From positions 98,022,001 through 98,086,000 of the forward strand of contig OX597816.1 of NCBI GenBank assembly GCA_951406725.2: 64,000 nt of DNA, read 5' to 3'. Below are positions 13,029 through 26,011 of the stretch, piece after piece. The translations under genes were made by a program, and so were the position numbers. Source of the stretch: Octopus vulgaris. Lineage: Eukaryota. Each line of letters starts with the position of its first letter. The first letter of the stretch is position 1. The notes beneath the pieces were generated by a model. It searched no databases, was not told the origin of the DNA, and saw only the letters and a list, made by a program, of their open reading frames with translations.

Positions 13029-13269
13029 GTAATTATTTTATTTCGTATATTTTCACTTGTTTATTGCTTTGGTTTTGTGCTGAGTTTGATAAGCCCTGGA
13101 GTCCATTTGTTCGACAAAAGGCGGTGCTCCAGCATGGCCACTGTCAAATGACTGAAAGAAGTAAAAAGATAAAAGATTTATTCTTATTATCATTTCTTTG
13201 GTTTGGTTCAGGTTTGGTCTTATTCCTGGTAGAATTTAGGTGAATAGTGGGTTACTACCTGTAGCCTTA

Positions 13270-13850
13270 GGTGCACAACAAGTTTACAGCAGCTGTTCAA
13301 GTGCTAAGGAACCTCCTGATAATTCTCACTGTCCCTAAGAGACAAACTTTCTGTAGGAGCTCTCCCGGGCATTCTACTTCACTCTCCTTCAGTCATTTGT
13401 CTAAACATCGCATAACATTGCAGGTGGGGTCCAGTTAGGATTCTCTTCAGGTCGAGTAGCTACATCCTACTCAAAAGGACCCTGAATAAGGGTTATTTAA
13501 AATAAATGAATAAAACACCAATGTTCCCAGAAGGAAATTAGGAAAACTCAAAGAATTCCTCTCAAGACATGGTTATGATGCGCCCCCACTACACCTGCTC
13601 ATGCTCATATATGCATATATCGTAAGCCACAAAAGGACATGCTCAAATGGTTAAGGTCAATCAACCGACAAGCAAATCTGTGGAACTGAACAGAATTTTG
13701 CTGTAGCCTACTCTCTATGTCATGGTTGCACAGAATCATAAAATTCCATACGATCTTTGCATTATCATGTTCAATGATGACTTCGGGTTTATGTTCGTAC
13801 CACTCTTTTTTCTCTGTCAACACTATATTTGTTGCAAATGTCCAATAGAC
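13270..13850 (-). mobile_element. Fragments of a REL-type LINE 3' region, interleaved with another repeat (about 13420-13605)
   Basis: ORF 13605-13958 contains WYEHKPEVIIEHDNAKIVWNFMILCNHDIESR. 13310-13400 encodes an LLQKVCLLGT..IIRR-like C-terminus. Confidence 0.65.
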
Positions 13851-13961
13851 ATTATTATCATCATCACCATCATCGTCATCATCATTATCATCATCATCAT
13901 CATCATTATCATTATCATCATCACCATCACCATCATTTTCATTAGCATAATCTTTCAATTA

Positions 13962-15243
13962 CGAGGGGCGTTCAATAAGTAATGCCTCTGACCCACTTGC
14001 CTTTGTTTGATCTAGCTGAAATTGTGCATGTCCAATTATTGATATCTCTATAGATTAAGCAGCAAATTACAGCTCCGAACTAATTGTGGTTTCTGATTTA
14101 CAGGTGTTTGAAATGAGTCAAGTGGGAAATGGAGCATGTTGAGTGTCGAGCAGTGATCCGGTTTTTTTATTTGAAATGACGCACACCACAGGACACTTTT
14201 AATGAAATGAAAGTAACTTATGGTGATGATGCCCCATCATATGACCTTGTAAAACGCTGGCATCGTGAATTCAAACATGGTCGGAACTCTGTGGAAATAG
14301 CTCCCGGATCTGGTCGCACGCCTTCTGCCATTGATGAGGCATCTGTCCGTCAAGTTGAGGCTGCCATTTTGGAAGATCGACGCATAACTATTCGCCAAAT
14401 AGCCCATGAGGTCAAGATTAGTACCGGGTCTGTGGAAACTATCATTCATGACCATTTGCATATGCAAAAGGTGTCTGCCAGATGGATTTCCAGGTTGCTC
14501 ACACTTTTCCAGAAGCAAGAACGCAAGAATTCCAGAAGCAAGAATTTAGGGATGTGCCAAGAAGATGAGTGAAAATTTTTCAAAAGACTGATTACACAGG
14601 ATGAGACCTGGGTCCATCCAGAGACCAAAGCCCAGTCAATGCAGTGGAAGCACCATGACTCACCTCCTCCAAAGAAGGCAAGGGTGCAGCCCTCCGCTGG
14701 CAAGGTCATGCTCACAATCTTCTGGGACCAGGACGGAGTAGTGATGACAGATTTCCTGGCAAAGGGTACCACAATTACAGGAGCCTATCATGTTTCACTT
14801 TTGAGGAAATTAAGAGAAGCTATCGAAACCAAGAGGCGGGGCAAGATCAGCAAAGCATCCTCCTCCTGCAGGACAACGCTCCGGTCCACAACTCGCGTAT
14901 CGCCAGATCAGAAGCACAGGCGTGCGGCTATGAACTCTTCCGCAATCCCCCTACTCTCCTGACCTTGCACCTTCTGATTTTCACCTCTTCCCAGCCATGA
15001 AGTTGTTTTTGAAAGGAAAGCGTTTCCCAGATGATGCAGCCTTGATTTCTGAAGTCACGTCGTGGTTGGAAGACCAAGCTGGGGTCTTCTACGAAAACGG
15101 TCTCCAGAACTGCATCAAACGATGGGAGAAATGCGTAACTCTGGGTTGTTCCTATGTAGAAAAAGACTAATACCTGTGCCAAGTTTCGTTGCTCTACTGC
15201 TATGGGACGTGGGTCAGGGGCATTACTTATTGAACGCCCCTCG
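13962..15243 (+). mobile_element. Full-length defective mariner transposon (DD34D, irritans-like)
   Basis: TIRs CGAGGGGCGTTCAATAAGTAATGCC.CTGACCCA at both ends, with TA on each side (13960-13961 and 15244-15245). Confidence 0.95.
14129..15170 (+). pseudogene. mariner transposase pseudogene
   Basis: MEHVECRAVIRF..., HTH region, ITQDETWVH, LLQDNAPVH, YSPDLAPSDFHLF; interrupted by stops and frameshifts. Confidence 0.9.
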
Positions 15244-15494
15244 TATGTTTCCATTTCTAGCAGAGTGTCTTCCTGACACCTAGAGCAGAGAAACGTACTG
15301 TATACATTGGTAGGCCATTAAAACAAGCACACCAGATTGTTCATTTACAGAGTCATGTGATAGAGAAAAAGGAAATAATAAAAAATAGAAGAGTAAACAA
15401 ATAAAATAAAGGGGGAAAATAAAGAAAACTTACAGCGACAGTACTCTTCTCTGTACGTGTGGCGTACCAGTTAAGACAATCTTTTGCACTTACT

Positions 15495-15784
15495 GCATGG
15501 ACAGGTTAGCTTGCGAAGTTAAGCAGTTGTGGTCGAGGAAAAAGGTAGCAGTAGTACTAATAGTTGTCGGTGCCCTGGGAACATTGAACAAAAATCTCCA
15601 GATGTACGTGGAACAAATAGGGGCTGCAATAAGGGTGGAGCACTTGTAGAAAACAGCACTGCTTGGAACCGCTCGAATACTCCGGAAGGTGCTCGAAAGA
15701 TAAGAGGTGTTACCTTAGTTCACTGGTAGTGAACAGCCGACATTGTATGTAATACATCTCCAGCGTTTGAAGCTGTGCAAGGCA
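15495..15784 (+). mobile_element. 3' end of a REL LINE family (same family as 56750-57357)
   Basis: Close match to 57075-57357 (...LLGTARILRKVLE*, then gaggtgttaccttagttca...ctgtgcaaagg). Confidence 0.85.
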
Positions 15785-16838
15785 CAGAGATAGACATACA
15801 AGAAACAAACACAGAAAAAGCTAGGCGCATGAAAACCCGTGCCAAAACTGCGGCCTTAGATATTCTGAATAATAAATGGCAAGAAAAACCTCTCTATGGC
15901 AAATACCCAAAGAGAGTGAATAATGCAGATATCGACAAAGCCCTGACCCATCAATGGCTAATGGCCTTAAAATCTGAAACAGAGGGGTTTATCATAGCAG
16001 CTCAAGATCAATGCCTACCAACAAGAAACTACCAGGCCAACATATTAAAGAACGGCAGTAGCCCAACATGTCGTGTATGCCGACAACAAAATGAAACCAT
16101 TGACCATGTTGTCTCCAAATGCAGTCTTCTAGCGCCTACAGAGTACCTCAGTAGGCATGATAGAGCAGCACAATATATTCACTGGGTAATTTGCAAAAAC
16201 CTGGATTTGCCCCATGAAACAAACTGGTGGGAACACAATCCACTTCCTGTGCTTGAAAATGACCACATCTCACTTCTCTGGAACTTCACCATTCAAACTG
16301 ACAGGAAGATAGATGCAAATAGGCCAGACATCATATTGAAAGACGTCAGACAAAGAACATGCCTCCTCATTGATATGACTGTCCCAATCGATATAAACGT
16401 ATCTGTCAAGACCTACCAAAAACTGAGCAAATATAAAGATCTTGAAATAGAAATCAGCAAAATGTGGAAGCTGAAGACTAAAACAATACCTGTTGTCATA
16501 GATGCCCTGGGAATGATAGCGAAAGGGACTGATTGCTACCTAACTCAGATACCAGGAAACCCCAAAATGGCAGAAATTCAAATGATAGTGCTCATGGGAA
16601 CTGCTCTTATCCTACGCAAAATACTCCTCTATGTAATCCCAAGGTTTAAAACAAACTTTTTTTATGTTAATTTTTTTCTTTTATTTGTTTATTTTTTATT
16701 ATTATGTATTAGACATTCACTAGTACAACACCAAAAAAAAAAAAAACCAAATATATGGTTCTAACCTGTTGTCTCTTGAAGTCTCTGGGTGAGACTTGGA
16801 GCCAACTTGTACAGACATAAAGCAAAAGTCAAACATAG
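15785..16838 (+). mobile_element. 5'-truncated R4/Dong-like LINE (CCHC + REL endonuclease)
   Basis: ORF 15775-16764: PLYGKY, AAQDQ, CRVC..ETIDHVVSKC, RHDRAA, NRPDIIL..LIDMTVP, KLSKYKDL. Ends in (AAT)n. Confidence 0.9.
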
Positions 16839-16865
16839 AATGATAATAATAATAATAATAATAAT

Positions 16866-17046
16866 CCCTTCTACTATAGGCACAATGCCTGACATTTTTG
16901 GGGAGGGTACTAGTGGATTACATCTACCCCTATGTTTCGCCGGTACATAATTCGTCGACCCCGAAAGGATGAAAGACAAAATCAACTTCGAAATGCCGCT
17001 CGACATTTCCTCTAGTGTGCCAATAATTATGCTAGCTCACCGCCTT
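16866..17046 (-). mobile_element. tRNA-derived SINE fragment
   Basis: Reverse complement resembles 30617-30765 (aaggcggtgagctagca...tttcatcctttcggggtcga). Confidence 0.65.
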
Positions 17047-17099
17047 AATAATACCGATAATTATAATAATAATTATAATAATATGGGGGTTCGAGCTCT

Positions 17100-18145
17100 A
17101 GACAACTTCGTCTGGGATGTTCTGAGCTGAAACCAAACAAATACAAATATAGCCACGATAATGGAACATATGTAAACACTACAAAATCATACTTACTGGT
17201 ATAATCATCATCCTCAGCCAGTCGTTGAAGGCAGAAATGTCGCTATCCTCTGGGATTTTCCAGTCAACACTGACAGAACGACCCCGTCTAATAAACCAGG
17301 CACAATTATTAAAGACGGAGAAGAATATGCTTGTAGACTAACAGATGTAACAGATGATAAAAAATTATCTGTAAATATTTTGACAAATTAAGTAAATAAA
17401 TATAAGGACCGGGAAATTGGAATACAAAATATGTGATATCATAAAGCGAGAACTGTTCCTGTTATTGTGGGTGCCTTTGGTATGATGTGAAAGAGATCTT
17501 AGAAAGATCTTGATAATATCTTAGGAGAACCATGTCTCAGAGATATCCAAAAGATTATGAGACAAATAGTGTCCACATCCTTAGAAAAACCCTATCAACT
17601 TAAATATCTGTGTTATATTACATTCAGATATTTCGCTATTGTCACTGTCACTTGCTCTCCCCAAGCTTTCAGTCATACGGTAACATCTCTTACCCTTCAC
17701 TCTCCCTAGGATGCTGGGTGTGTCTCGACGAGTGATTGCGACAAACACGCAGGTGAGAAGTAAATAATAATAATAAAGATGATTAAAACCAAGAAAAAAT
17801 GCAATCTTTTAACATTTGATGTTGGAAGAATTTGGAGAATGAGAAGAGTAACGGCCATGCATATAATAACTGGTGTGATGGGAACGGTAAGTAAAGATAA
17901 AAACAAAAACCTCAAGCTGATTGTAATAGAAAGATTGTCTCTTAGGAACAGCAAAGATTATCAGGAGCACTTGAAAGACAAGTGAAACTTGTGGATACGT
18001 AAGGTTACAGGTAGTAACCCGCTACACACATAATAATAATAATCTGGTGTCTTTCTTTTAATGACCTACCAATGTATACAGTGAGCTCCTCTGCCCTAGG
18101 TGCCAGGAAGACAATCGGCAAGAAGTGGAAACAATACTGAATGAT
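17100..18145 (+). mobile_element. Stack of three short degenerate REL-LINE 3' fragments separated by (AAT)n
   Basis: 17150-17600: HD, WYNHHP, ILWDFPV.TD, KYKD.EIG, VPVIVGA. 17770-18030: IWRMRRVT..IITG. 18060-18140 resembles the 3' UTR at 3132-3205. Confidence 0.7.
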
Positions 18146-19310
18146 GTTAATAATAATAATAATAATAATAATGACGATGATGATATAATAATTTATGATT
18201 TCCTCCTCAAGGCACATACGTCAATAGTTGAAGGGTAGGAAAATAGGATTCTTAATCAAATTATTCAAACTATAATACTAACGCATGTTATATTCACTCC
18301 GATGTTACGAAAATATCACATGCTGCAGGACAGATTCCAATTCATGCATAATTATGGGCAATCGATAATATAAATGACTGGACAAGTAGGGGACACCACA
18401 GAAGTTATAATAGGGAAAGTTGTCAAAACGGAGAATACTCGTCTCCAATCTATACGCCTTAGCAAGCAACTAAATTTAGCCTTCAACATTTAAGTGAACA
18501 TACGACATTTACAGTCTGCCTATGGTCTTCGCAAGTTCGAGATATTTCTATACTTCAGTAACAATATATGAAACAAACGACCGCTGCTTTCATTTCAAAG
18601 TTAAATTTCATGTCTATGGACTTAACATTATAAAACTGGTCGACAATCCGACCGGTACCGCTAAAACAGTTTCTTGAGTCGTTAGTCTAGTACACTATAG
18701 GTTCGGTTATCTATCCTATACGCGTGAAATATAATTCTTTTGAAATCTGTTTATATACACAGAAATCATGTTGTAATATAAGATGAGTTGTCTCGCCGTC
18801 TATTTGGACAACTTTCTGTTTAAATTTGGTATCTAACGATCGACAATGTGGCTTCAGGCTAGAACATGATACATAATAAGAGTAGCAGAAATTATTATAT
18901 AGCTTTATAAGTATCGGATAGCTAGCTACATATCTTTTGAATTGTTCAACGGCCTGTTAAAACATTAGACGGCTTTATTTCTTTAATATAAAGATATTCT
19001 CCGTTTACAGTCAATGATAGAATATTGATTGGAAGAAAAAAAATCTCTTCATAATTTCACTGTAGAAGAGTGACGAAGACACTCGTACAGACACATACAG
19101 ATATAGAAACAGGTATACACCCAATATGCGCGCGTGTGTTTGTGTATGTATAGTTTTTCTAACTTTTCTCCGTGTATGTGTATATATATATATATGTATA
19201 TATATAGAGAGAGGTGCATACACAAATACATATATTTTAGAGAGAGAATGGTGGGATGTGAAAGCCAAATAAATGAATGATCGAATGAATAAATCATAAA
19301 AGTAATGACG

Positions 19311-19354
<44 letters not shown>

Positions 19355-20017
19355 GATGGTGGTGGTGATGATTATGATGATGATGATGACGAGGTGTCTA
19401 TTACAAAGAAAGCGTTCGTAAATTGGTAGCCCTTATGCATAAATTCGATGACAAAAATATGAAGATAGAAGTATATATTTTACAAATAGAAGATAGAAGT
19501 ATATATTATACAAATAAATGATTATAAAGACCTCCTAATGCAAATAAACCTCTAACTAAGGCAAATCGAGGAATCTGTCGGATGGAAGGTCGCAATGTTC
19601 ATTCTCCAGCCTCATAGTGCATTCAGTATTTTGATATATTTACTATTGCAATTTATCTTTCTGGTTCCGATTTTAAACAATTTTTAGAAAGAGTCGACAT
19701 TCCTCTCAATTTTTAAAATGACACTTGAGTACGTCATTGAATATGTGGCCATACATGAAATTGTCCCTTCTCATATCTTTCAGACTCATCGATAACATAG
19801 GCATTCCAACAATAGCCGTCAAGCAAAGAGAAATAGGTTTCCCTTTATTGTTATAGAAAAGTCCCAGAATATTCTTCGTGATGGACTCAAACAATAACAG
19901 AATAATATTAACAATGGATTGGCTGCGTTGGTGATAACAGCTTTTGCACAACGCTTCATAAGTCAGAAATTTCTGAATATTGATAAGTCGTAATACCTGG
20001 ATGTGCAAATTCATCCA

Positions 20018-22086
20018 ATAAACTACACCGTAACAATGTTATAGCACTACAAAAACTAAATCAATAACAAACACGTAACAAACTTATATCTTCTCAACGA
20101 CTGCCTTCACAAATGCGATTGCACACACCACACTATTCCTTGCATTGTCAGTACGCACGCGCCATTATAAGATTTAGGACATTTCGCCTACTGTCCCACA
20201 GGAGTGTCAGGATTTTACCACAACATCTCCCGTTTTTGAGCTTCAATCTCCTTGGAAATTAATATTTTTCTTTCCTTTATTATATATTTATTACCACCTC
20301 TCCACGCTTTTTTCTACTTAATTCCCCGATATGAAATTGGAATATTTTTTCGTTTTGGCTCTACATGCAAATGTTCTGTTTGTTTTCTTTTCTTAGTCGA
20401 CGTACTCGTTGGTTCGACTATTCCTTGAGGCACCGGGGCGTCACAAATATCATAAAGAAATTCCATTGGTTCTTCATTTCTTATTCTTTCTTCCGGAAAC
20501 CGTTTTTCAGCTGGTTTAAATGTATTTTGTGGTCCTACGTACGACATTTTACCATGTATGTTATATTTCCTAAACGTTCATTTATTATACCTTTTTTCTA
20601 ACTTTCCTTTCCATTTCTGTATATTTAAAAAAAAACACATTGTCACTGATTTTTCAAGTATTTTATCTTATTTTCGATGTTTCTCTCTATTTTTTCTTTT
20701 CTTCCCGGTAGTAATTTGTCAAATACTGACTTGACATCCCTGCCGAACTTTTATCCCAAAAGGAAGACGATTGAATTCATATAAACCTTTATGGGTGTTT
20801 ATCATTAATAATTTCGAACATTCCTCCTCGACTTGTAACTGTTAGTACACTTTCGACGAATCCAACTTTGAAAATTCTTTCCTCTATTGAATTTCGCAAA
20901 ACTTTCCTCCGGATTTGGTAATGGGTAATTGTATGTCATCAAACATTCGTTCAAAGCTGGTCTTACGTTCGATTTTTCCACATCCAAAATATTTTAGATT
21001 TTTAAAAGGACAATTTCTTTTAAAATGTATTTTTTAACACCCATAGCATGGTTTGGGTATTGACTGTTGTTTTTCTTTCTTGTTATCTGTTACAGGCCGA
21101 TTTGTAAGAATATTTTAATTTTTTCTGCGTCCTGTCGTAAATTTATAATTCTTTGGCATTCTTCAGCCACTGCCTGTAGAGTTGATTTTGAAATTTGTTC
21201 TAGTTTTATCAATATCCGAGCCCATATCTTTGCATCTTTGCTTGCAGTTAATACTCGTACAAAGATTAGACATTTGGACATGTCCGGGATTAATTCGTTT
21301 AGATTTAATTTTTCATATTCTCTGTTTACGATTCCGGCATACGTGACGATATCTTCAGTTCCTTGTTTTTCAAACACACTCACTCCCAGCAAATATTAAA
21401 TTGTGAACTTCTCTCACTGAATATTTTAGATAACAGTTTAATTGTTTCTTCTAAACAAATTTCGGATGGTTTCCTTGACAGGGTGTAATACTTTTCATGT
21501 TCTGCGTGTGATAACTTCCTTAAAAGAAGTCATACCTTCTTTTCGTCCATCCAGTTTCTACATTCTACTTTAAAGATTACTTCATACATTCTGAAGTATT
21601 CAGAAAACGTAATCACTTCTTGATTGTAAGTAAATTCTTCAAATGAATTGCAACCCCGTCTGCCGAAATCGAAGATGAAATGTTTTGGGGCTGCAACAAT
21701 AATTCAGACAACTGTCGATTTTTCTGTTGTTGTAGTTACTGTTGTACTTCTTGTTGCTGTTTCTGGTGTTCTTGTTGATGTTGTAGTCGTCATTACAACT
21801 GTTGCTGCTGTAGTCGTCATTGCAACTGTTGCTGCTGTCATCGCCACTATCATATCCTTGAGATGGATATAGACTACACTGTAACAGTGTTATCATACTA
21901 CAAAACTAAGTCAGTAACAAAAATGTAACAAACTTATATCTGTTCTCAATGATTTCTACGACTGCCTTCTCAAATGCGACTGCACACACCACACTGTACC
22001 TCGTACTGTTTGTACGCATGCGCCTTTATAAGGTTTAGGATAGTTCACTTGCTATCCCACAAGGGTGTCAAGTTTTTACCACAACA
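20018..22086 (-). mobile_element. Internally deleted Ty3/Gypsy LTR retrotransposon
   Basis: Diverged LTRs at about 20018-20225 and 21848-22086, starting TGTTGTGG on the - strand. PPT AAAAACGGGAGA at 20226-20237; PBS-like TGGCGATGAC at 21837-21846. Gag-like relic (YAGIVNREYEKL...CLIFV..L) at 21090-21640 and RT relic YPLP.PEE.FAK at about 20860-20940. Confidence 0.85.
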
Positions 22087-22899
22087 TATTTGAAGTTTCG
22101 TCTGACGGTACTAGTTTGGCTGCAGATTATCTCGAACCAGCAGTGAACATCTCTGAGATTAGCAGATCAACCTCTATACGCTATATATTATCCCGAGCCT
22201 AAATTTCTCGACTGTTAAAGACAGTATGCGATCAGTGCGAAATACAACACACAAAACCAGGTTTACATCAGTTTGACATTGTCAACCCATAAAGCCGTAA
22301 GTTCATTGTCAACCGTAAAGCTACATCGATGAACTGTCAATATTGAGACCTCTCCCACACTGACAGAAGATATAGTGCAAGCAAAGTAAGAAGCACAGGC
22401 AAGGTCAGGGTTACTCTGCTATATCATGATCATTAAAATTCTGCTCTTTCTGCATGTATTGAAAAGTAAGGTAACGAAAGAAGATTTAACTACTCTTTTC
22501 GTTTGCTTCTCTATAGAGTTTGCCGATCATTACTTTCAAACATTAGAAGTCAGTACCTCATTCTCTAAATTTTTCGCTCTAAGAGTTCATCTGAGGATTG
22601 ACCAGCGAGAAATATGTTGACTACATTCATTTCAAACTTGTTAGCCTCAAAGGTTTTCATCATAGGAACGAAGAAGAGAAAATCTAGCCAGTCTCTCCCT
22701 CAAAAAGGAGCAGCTGTATCGATTTTTATTATAGACTCAGCTGATAGCAGTATCAGCTCTAAGTGAATGGGCAATTATTCAATATCAGCTCATGGGCGCG
22801 TAATGTATGGGTAGCAGACAATATTTTGGAGAATGGTTACGTCATCTCAAGTAAGATTGGTGATAATTATTTCAACGCCTTTAGAGTTTATCATGAGAT

Positions 22900-24600
22900 A
22901 AGATGAACATTACGGAGTCTTCCATTAAAGAATACTGAGGCTGTTTTCATCCACCCACAGTCCTGTTCCCAAGCCATTGTCACTCTTAAACTGCACGGAT
23001 CCTCTTAATGGTGCATTTCTGCCGACTGAATTGTGTAGATTGGAGAGTGCCACGTATCACTGGAAACATTCTAGATACCAAACAACCAGAGTTGTGTATG
23101 CACTGATCCATTTACTGAACTCCGCCAAGTAGACGTACTGCATAAGCTTCAGCGCTGGCATCTCGATCTCAATACAGAGTGGAAGTTGCTAGCAGATAAA
23201 TCGTGTAATCTGTTTTGTCCACAACGAATGAAAAAAAAGGATGGGAAAACTGGTTGGATATTTCGTATGTTACACCATTATCTATTATTGTAGAAAAAAA
23301 CCCGAGCATGTAAACCGAGTCCTCGATGACACGTCAGAAATCACTGTTGGCCTCCAGCGACAGGCTTCGGAAGGCACCGACTTTCTGACCTACCTCAGTG
23401 TCTCTCTTGGTGTTAGTGCCCGTGAATCCACGTACTCTTGAAGTATGATGCCGATCGTCTCTAAATTCAAAGCGCAATAATGGTTACAAGGTCAGATTAT
23501 CCTGTATCAAGTGATACAGAATTTGACCGATATACTTCTCAATGTCTCCCCCGTCCATTGAAATAACTCTAATGTTAACACATACAAGAGAGAAAAATTA
23601 AGGGAGTCTATTCGGTGGGCTGAATGTGTAATGTTAAACGGCGCTACAGTTAGAATATTCAGTTTGACTGCAGTATATTCCATTGTTCAGTGTAGCGGTA
23701 TATCCTCTGAAAATGAGACAGGAACGACTTGCACGGGTGGCAAATAAAAGGATGTTAATATCGACCATGTTTAAACTCTTTGACTAATCAAAATTAATTT
23801 GTGCCCCGCTGAAAAAATATGACCTCCAGGTGTGCTCTACGCCTAATTCGATATGGTGGAGAATTACGAGAATACTTCTGCTGCAGATTGCAATTTTTGT
23901 GCTTACTATTTCTATGCTTAGACCTGTTATTGTGTGTCTCTTCCCGAATCTGTAGGCAACTGATGATAACCTTACTTGAGAACAAGACTCCAAGTCTAAT
24001 TGAGACGATCTGACTGAAAAGAGCCGATTCATCATGAGGGTTTAGATGAAGTGCATTAATCTTTATTAAACATTTCGGGAAAAAAGCACAACTGCGTGAC
24101 TTGAGCTGGGTTGCTCGAAGAGACAAATCAGTTGTAAACATCCACGTTTGAGGTGATCGAATGCGACTTGGAAATCTTTGCCTTGCTGATCGCTACCGTA
24201 TCAGAACGTAGGACAATAACTCCCTTACCTGTGAACACATGTCATGGCTTATACGCTAATTTCATCTCAATTATTATTGGGCTTATTATTATTATTTCTA
24301 TTCTTGTAGGAGGCGGAACAAAAATAATGGTAAGTAACTTACCCTGTTTAGTGTTAACCATTTCCAAAATCCTTTTCCGGAAAATCCATAATTTCTTTTG
24401 TCCAGTAATACTGTGAAACAACATTTCACGTGAACAAAGTTTTTCCTGGGAGTGAGACGTGTTTTGATTTTTTTCTGTCCACAAATATCCGTTGTAGAGT
24501 TTTTTCAGAGTTTGAGTGCATCAATACTAAACTTGGAGTTAAAACGTATTATTTGTTGAGTGTATTAATTGAATCAGTTCTTCGCATGCACATCGACGAT
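22900..24600 (-). mobile_element. Very degenerate Penelope-like RT relic
   Basis: Correct order of weak motif echoes across frames (SSVAYRFGKRH ~ FYGLPKIH; SLLYVNI ~ SLYTNI; RFEFRD..RVRGFTG ~ FEFNG..Q..G.AMG; RVIEDS ~ RYIDD). Confidence 0.35.
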
Positions 24601-25165
24601 TTGTGTAACTGGCAAACTCGTCGGTGAGTTATAGCCATGGTTCTAGTAACTGTAAATCTCAATGTTGGTGGTGGTGCGGCCGTACTGATTCTTATTGACC
24701 TTGTTCCTGTTTTCCGTGTATTTCTTGCAGCCAAATTGTTTTTTGTTATTGATTCTATCCTTGGTGATGTGGTTGTTATTTTTTCTTATGTTTCCTGTAA
24801 CTACTATTTCCGATGCTGTTTATTTGTCTGATTTATCTGTGGTCATTTCAGTTGTAGCTGTGGCAGCGTTGGTATTTGTTGTTGCTATTGGTTGTTGTTA
24901 TTGCTGCTGTTGCTGGTAGCGCTGTTGTATTTTGGGCAGTTCGATTATCAACTGGACTGAATGTTTCTCCACACTCTTTAGCGTGTTGCTTACCTTGTCA
25001 CAATCAAAATTTTAACTTCAATGCATTGTGCTTTTTATTAATTTGATAAGTGACCTCTCTTTGTTTTAGATAGCCCTGCTATATTATTGCATTCGGACGC
25101 TTTTAGTAATTTCCAGATCCAAAGTTTTCTTACCGCCTGATGAGTGTAATATGTTTGTCTTAGTT

Positions 25166-25917
25166 TATATATATATATTTATATTATATTGAGGGTACTA
25201 CTATTCGTAGATACCAACACGCTAAGAGGGACCAATGCGGTCAAAACTACTAAAAATAAACAAAATTTTACCGAATGCAAAACTTCAAAACACATCATTT
25301 TAAAAAAGAATTCAGTTACATATCACATGTGATTTCGCATTTAATGCAGAATATGCATTTCATGTTCGTCAGTGCAACAAACTCAAGGAATATAAGAAAA
25401 AACATAACATTACAAACTCGATAGCCAACCGTAGAATTCGTCGTAGCTTGTACGAATGTTTATCCTTACATATCTATGAAAATGGCGGGCTTTTTCGCAA
25501 TGCATTTCGGTAAGAAATTGCCTAGTCGGAATAAAAATTCAGTATTGAACTATTCCGGTGAAAAATATAAATTAACAATTGAGGATAAAATCTTTAAAGA
25601 AATTATCAGTAGTCAGCGTGAAAAACCTCGTAAGAGAAAAAATCCGTAAATTCTTCCTCTTTGAAAATATTCATTTATATTATATTGAGGGTACTACTAT
25701 TCGTAGATACCAACACGCTAAGAGGGACCAATTTTGTTTATTTTTAGTAGTTTTGACCACATTGGTCCCTCTTAGCGTGTTGGTATCTACGAATAGTAGT
25801 ACCCTCAATATAATATAAATGAATATTTTCAAAGAGGAAGAATTTACGGATTTTTTCTCTTACGAGGTTTTTCACGCTGACTACTGATAATTTCTTTTAA
25901 AGATTTTATCCTCAATT

Positions 25918-25920
<3 letters not shown>
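25166..25920. mobile_element. Penelope-like terminal-repeat remnant between (TA)n tracts (direct repeat plus long inversion)
   Basis: 25177-25235 is repeated directly at 25674-25731. 25732-25920 is the inverse of 25572-25731 joined to 25180-25267. Confidence 0.75.
25315..25378 (-). ncRNA. Type I hammerhead ribozyme
   Basis: Minus strand: GUUGCA-CUGACGA-[aCAU..AAUGCA-uauuc-UGCAUU..AUGc]-GAAA-UCACAUGUGA-UA-UGUAAC. Palindromic stem III; triplet AUA. Confidence 0.8.

Positions 25921-26011
<91 letters not shown>

Larger units (their letters stand above)
12411..13090. mobile_element. Penelope-like terminal-repeat remnant (direct repeat plus inverted segment) in a (TA)n tract
   Basis: About 47-bp direct repeat at 12412-12458 and 12915-12960. 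About 130-bp inverted repeat at 12600-12732 and 12959-13090. Contains two hammerheads. Confidence 0.7.

Noticed and set aside
19706-20014. 102-aa - strand ORF as an exon
   Set aside because: No recognisable motif or clear splice signals; abuts an LTR.
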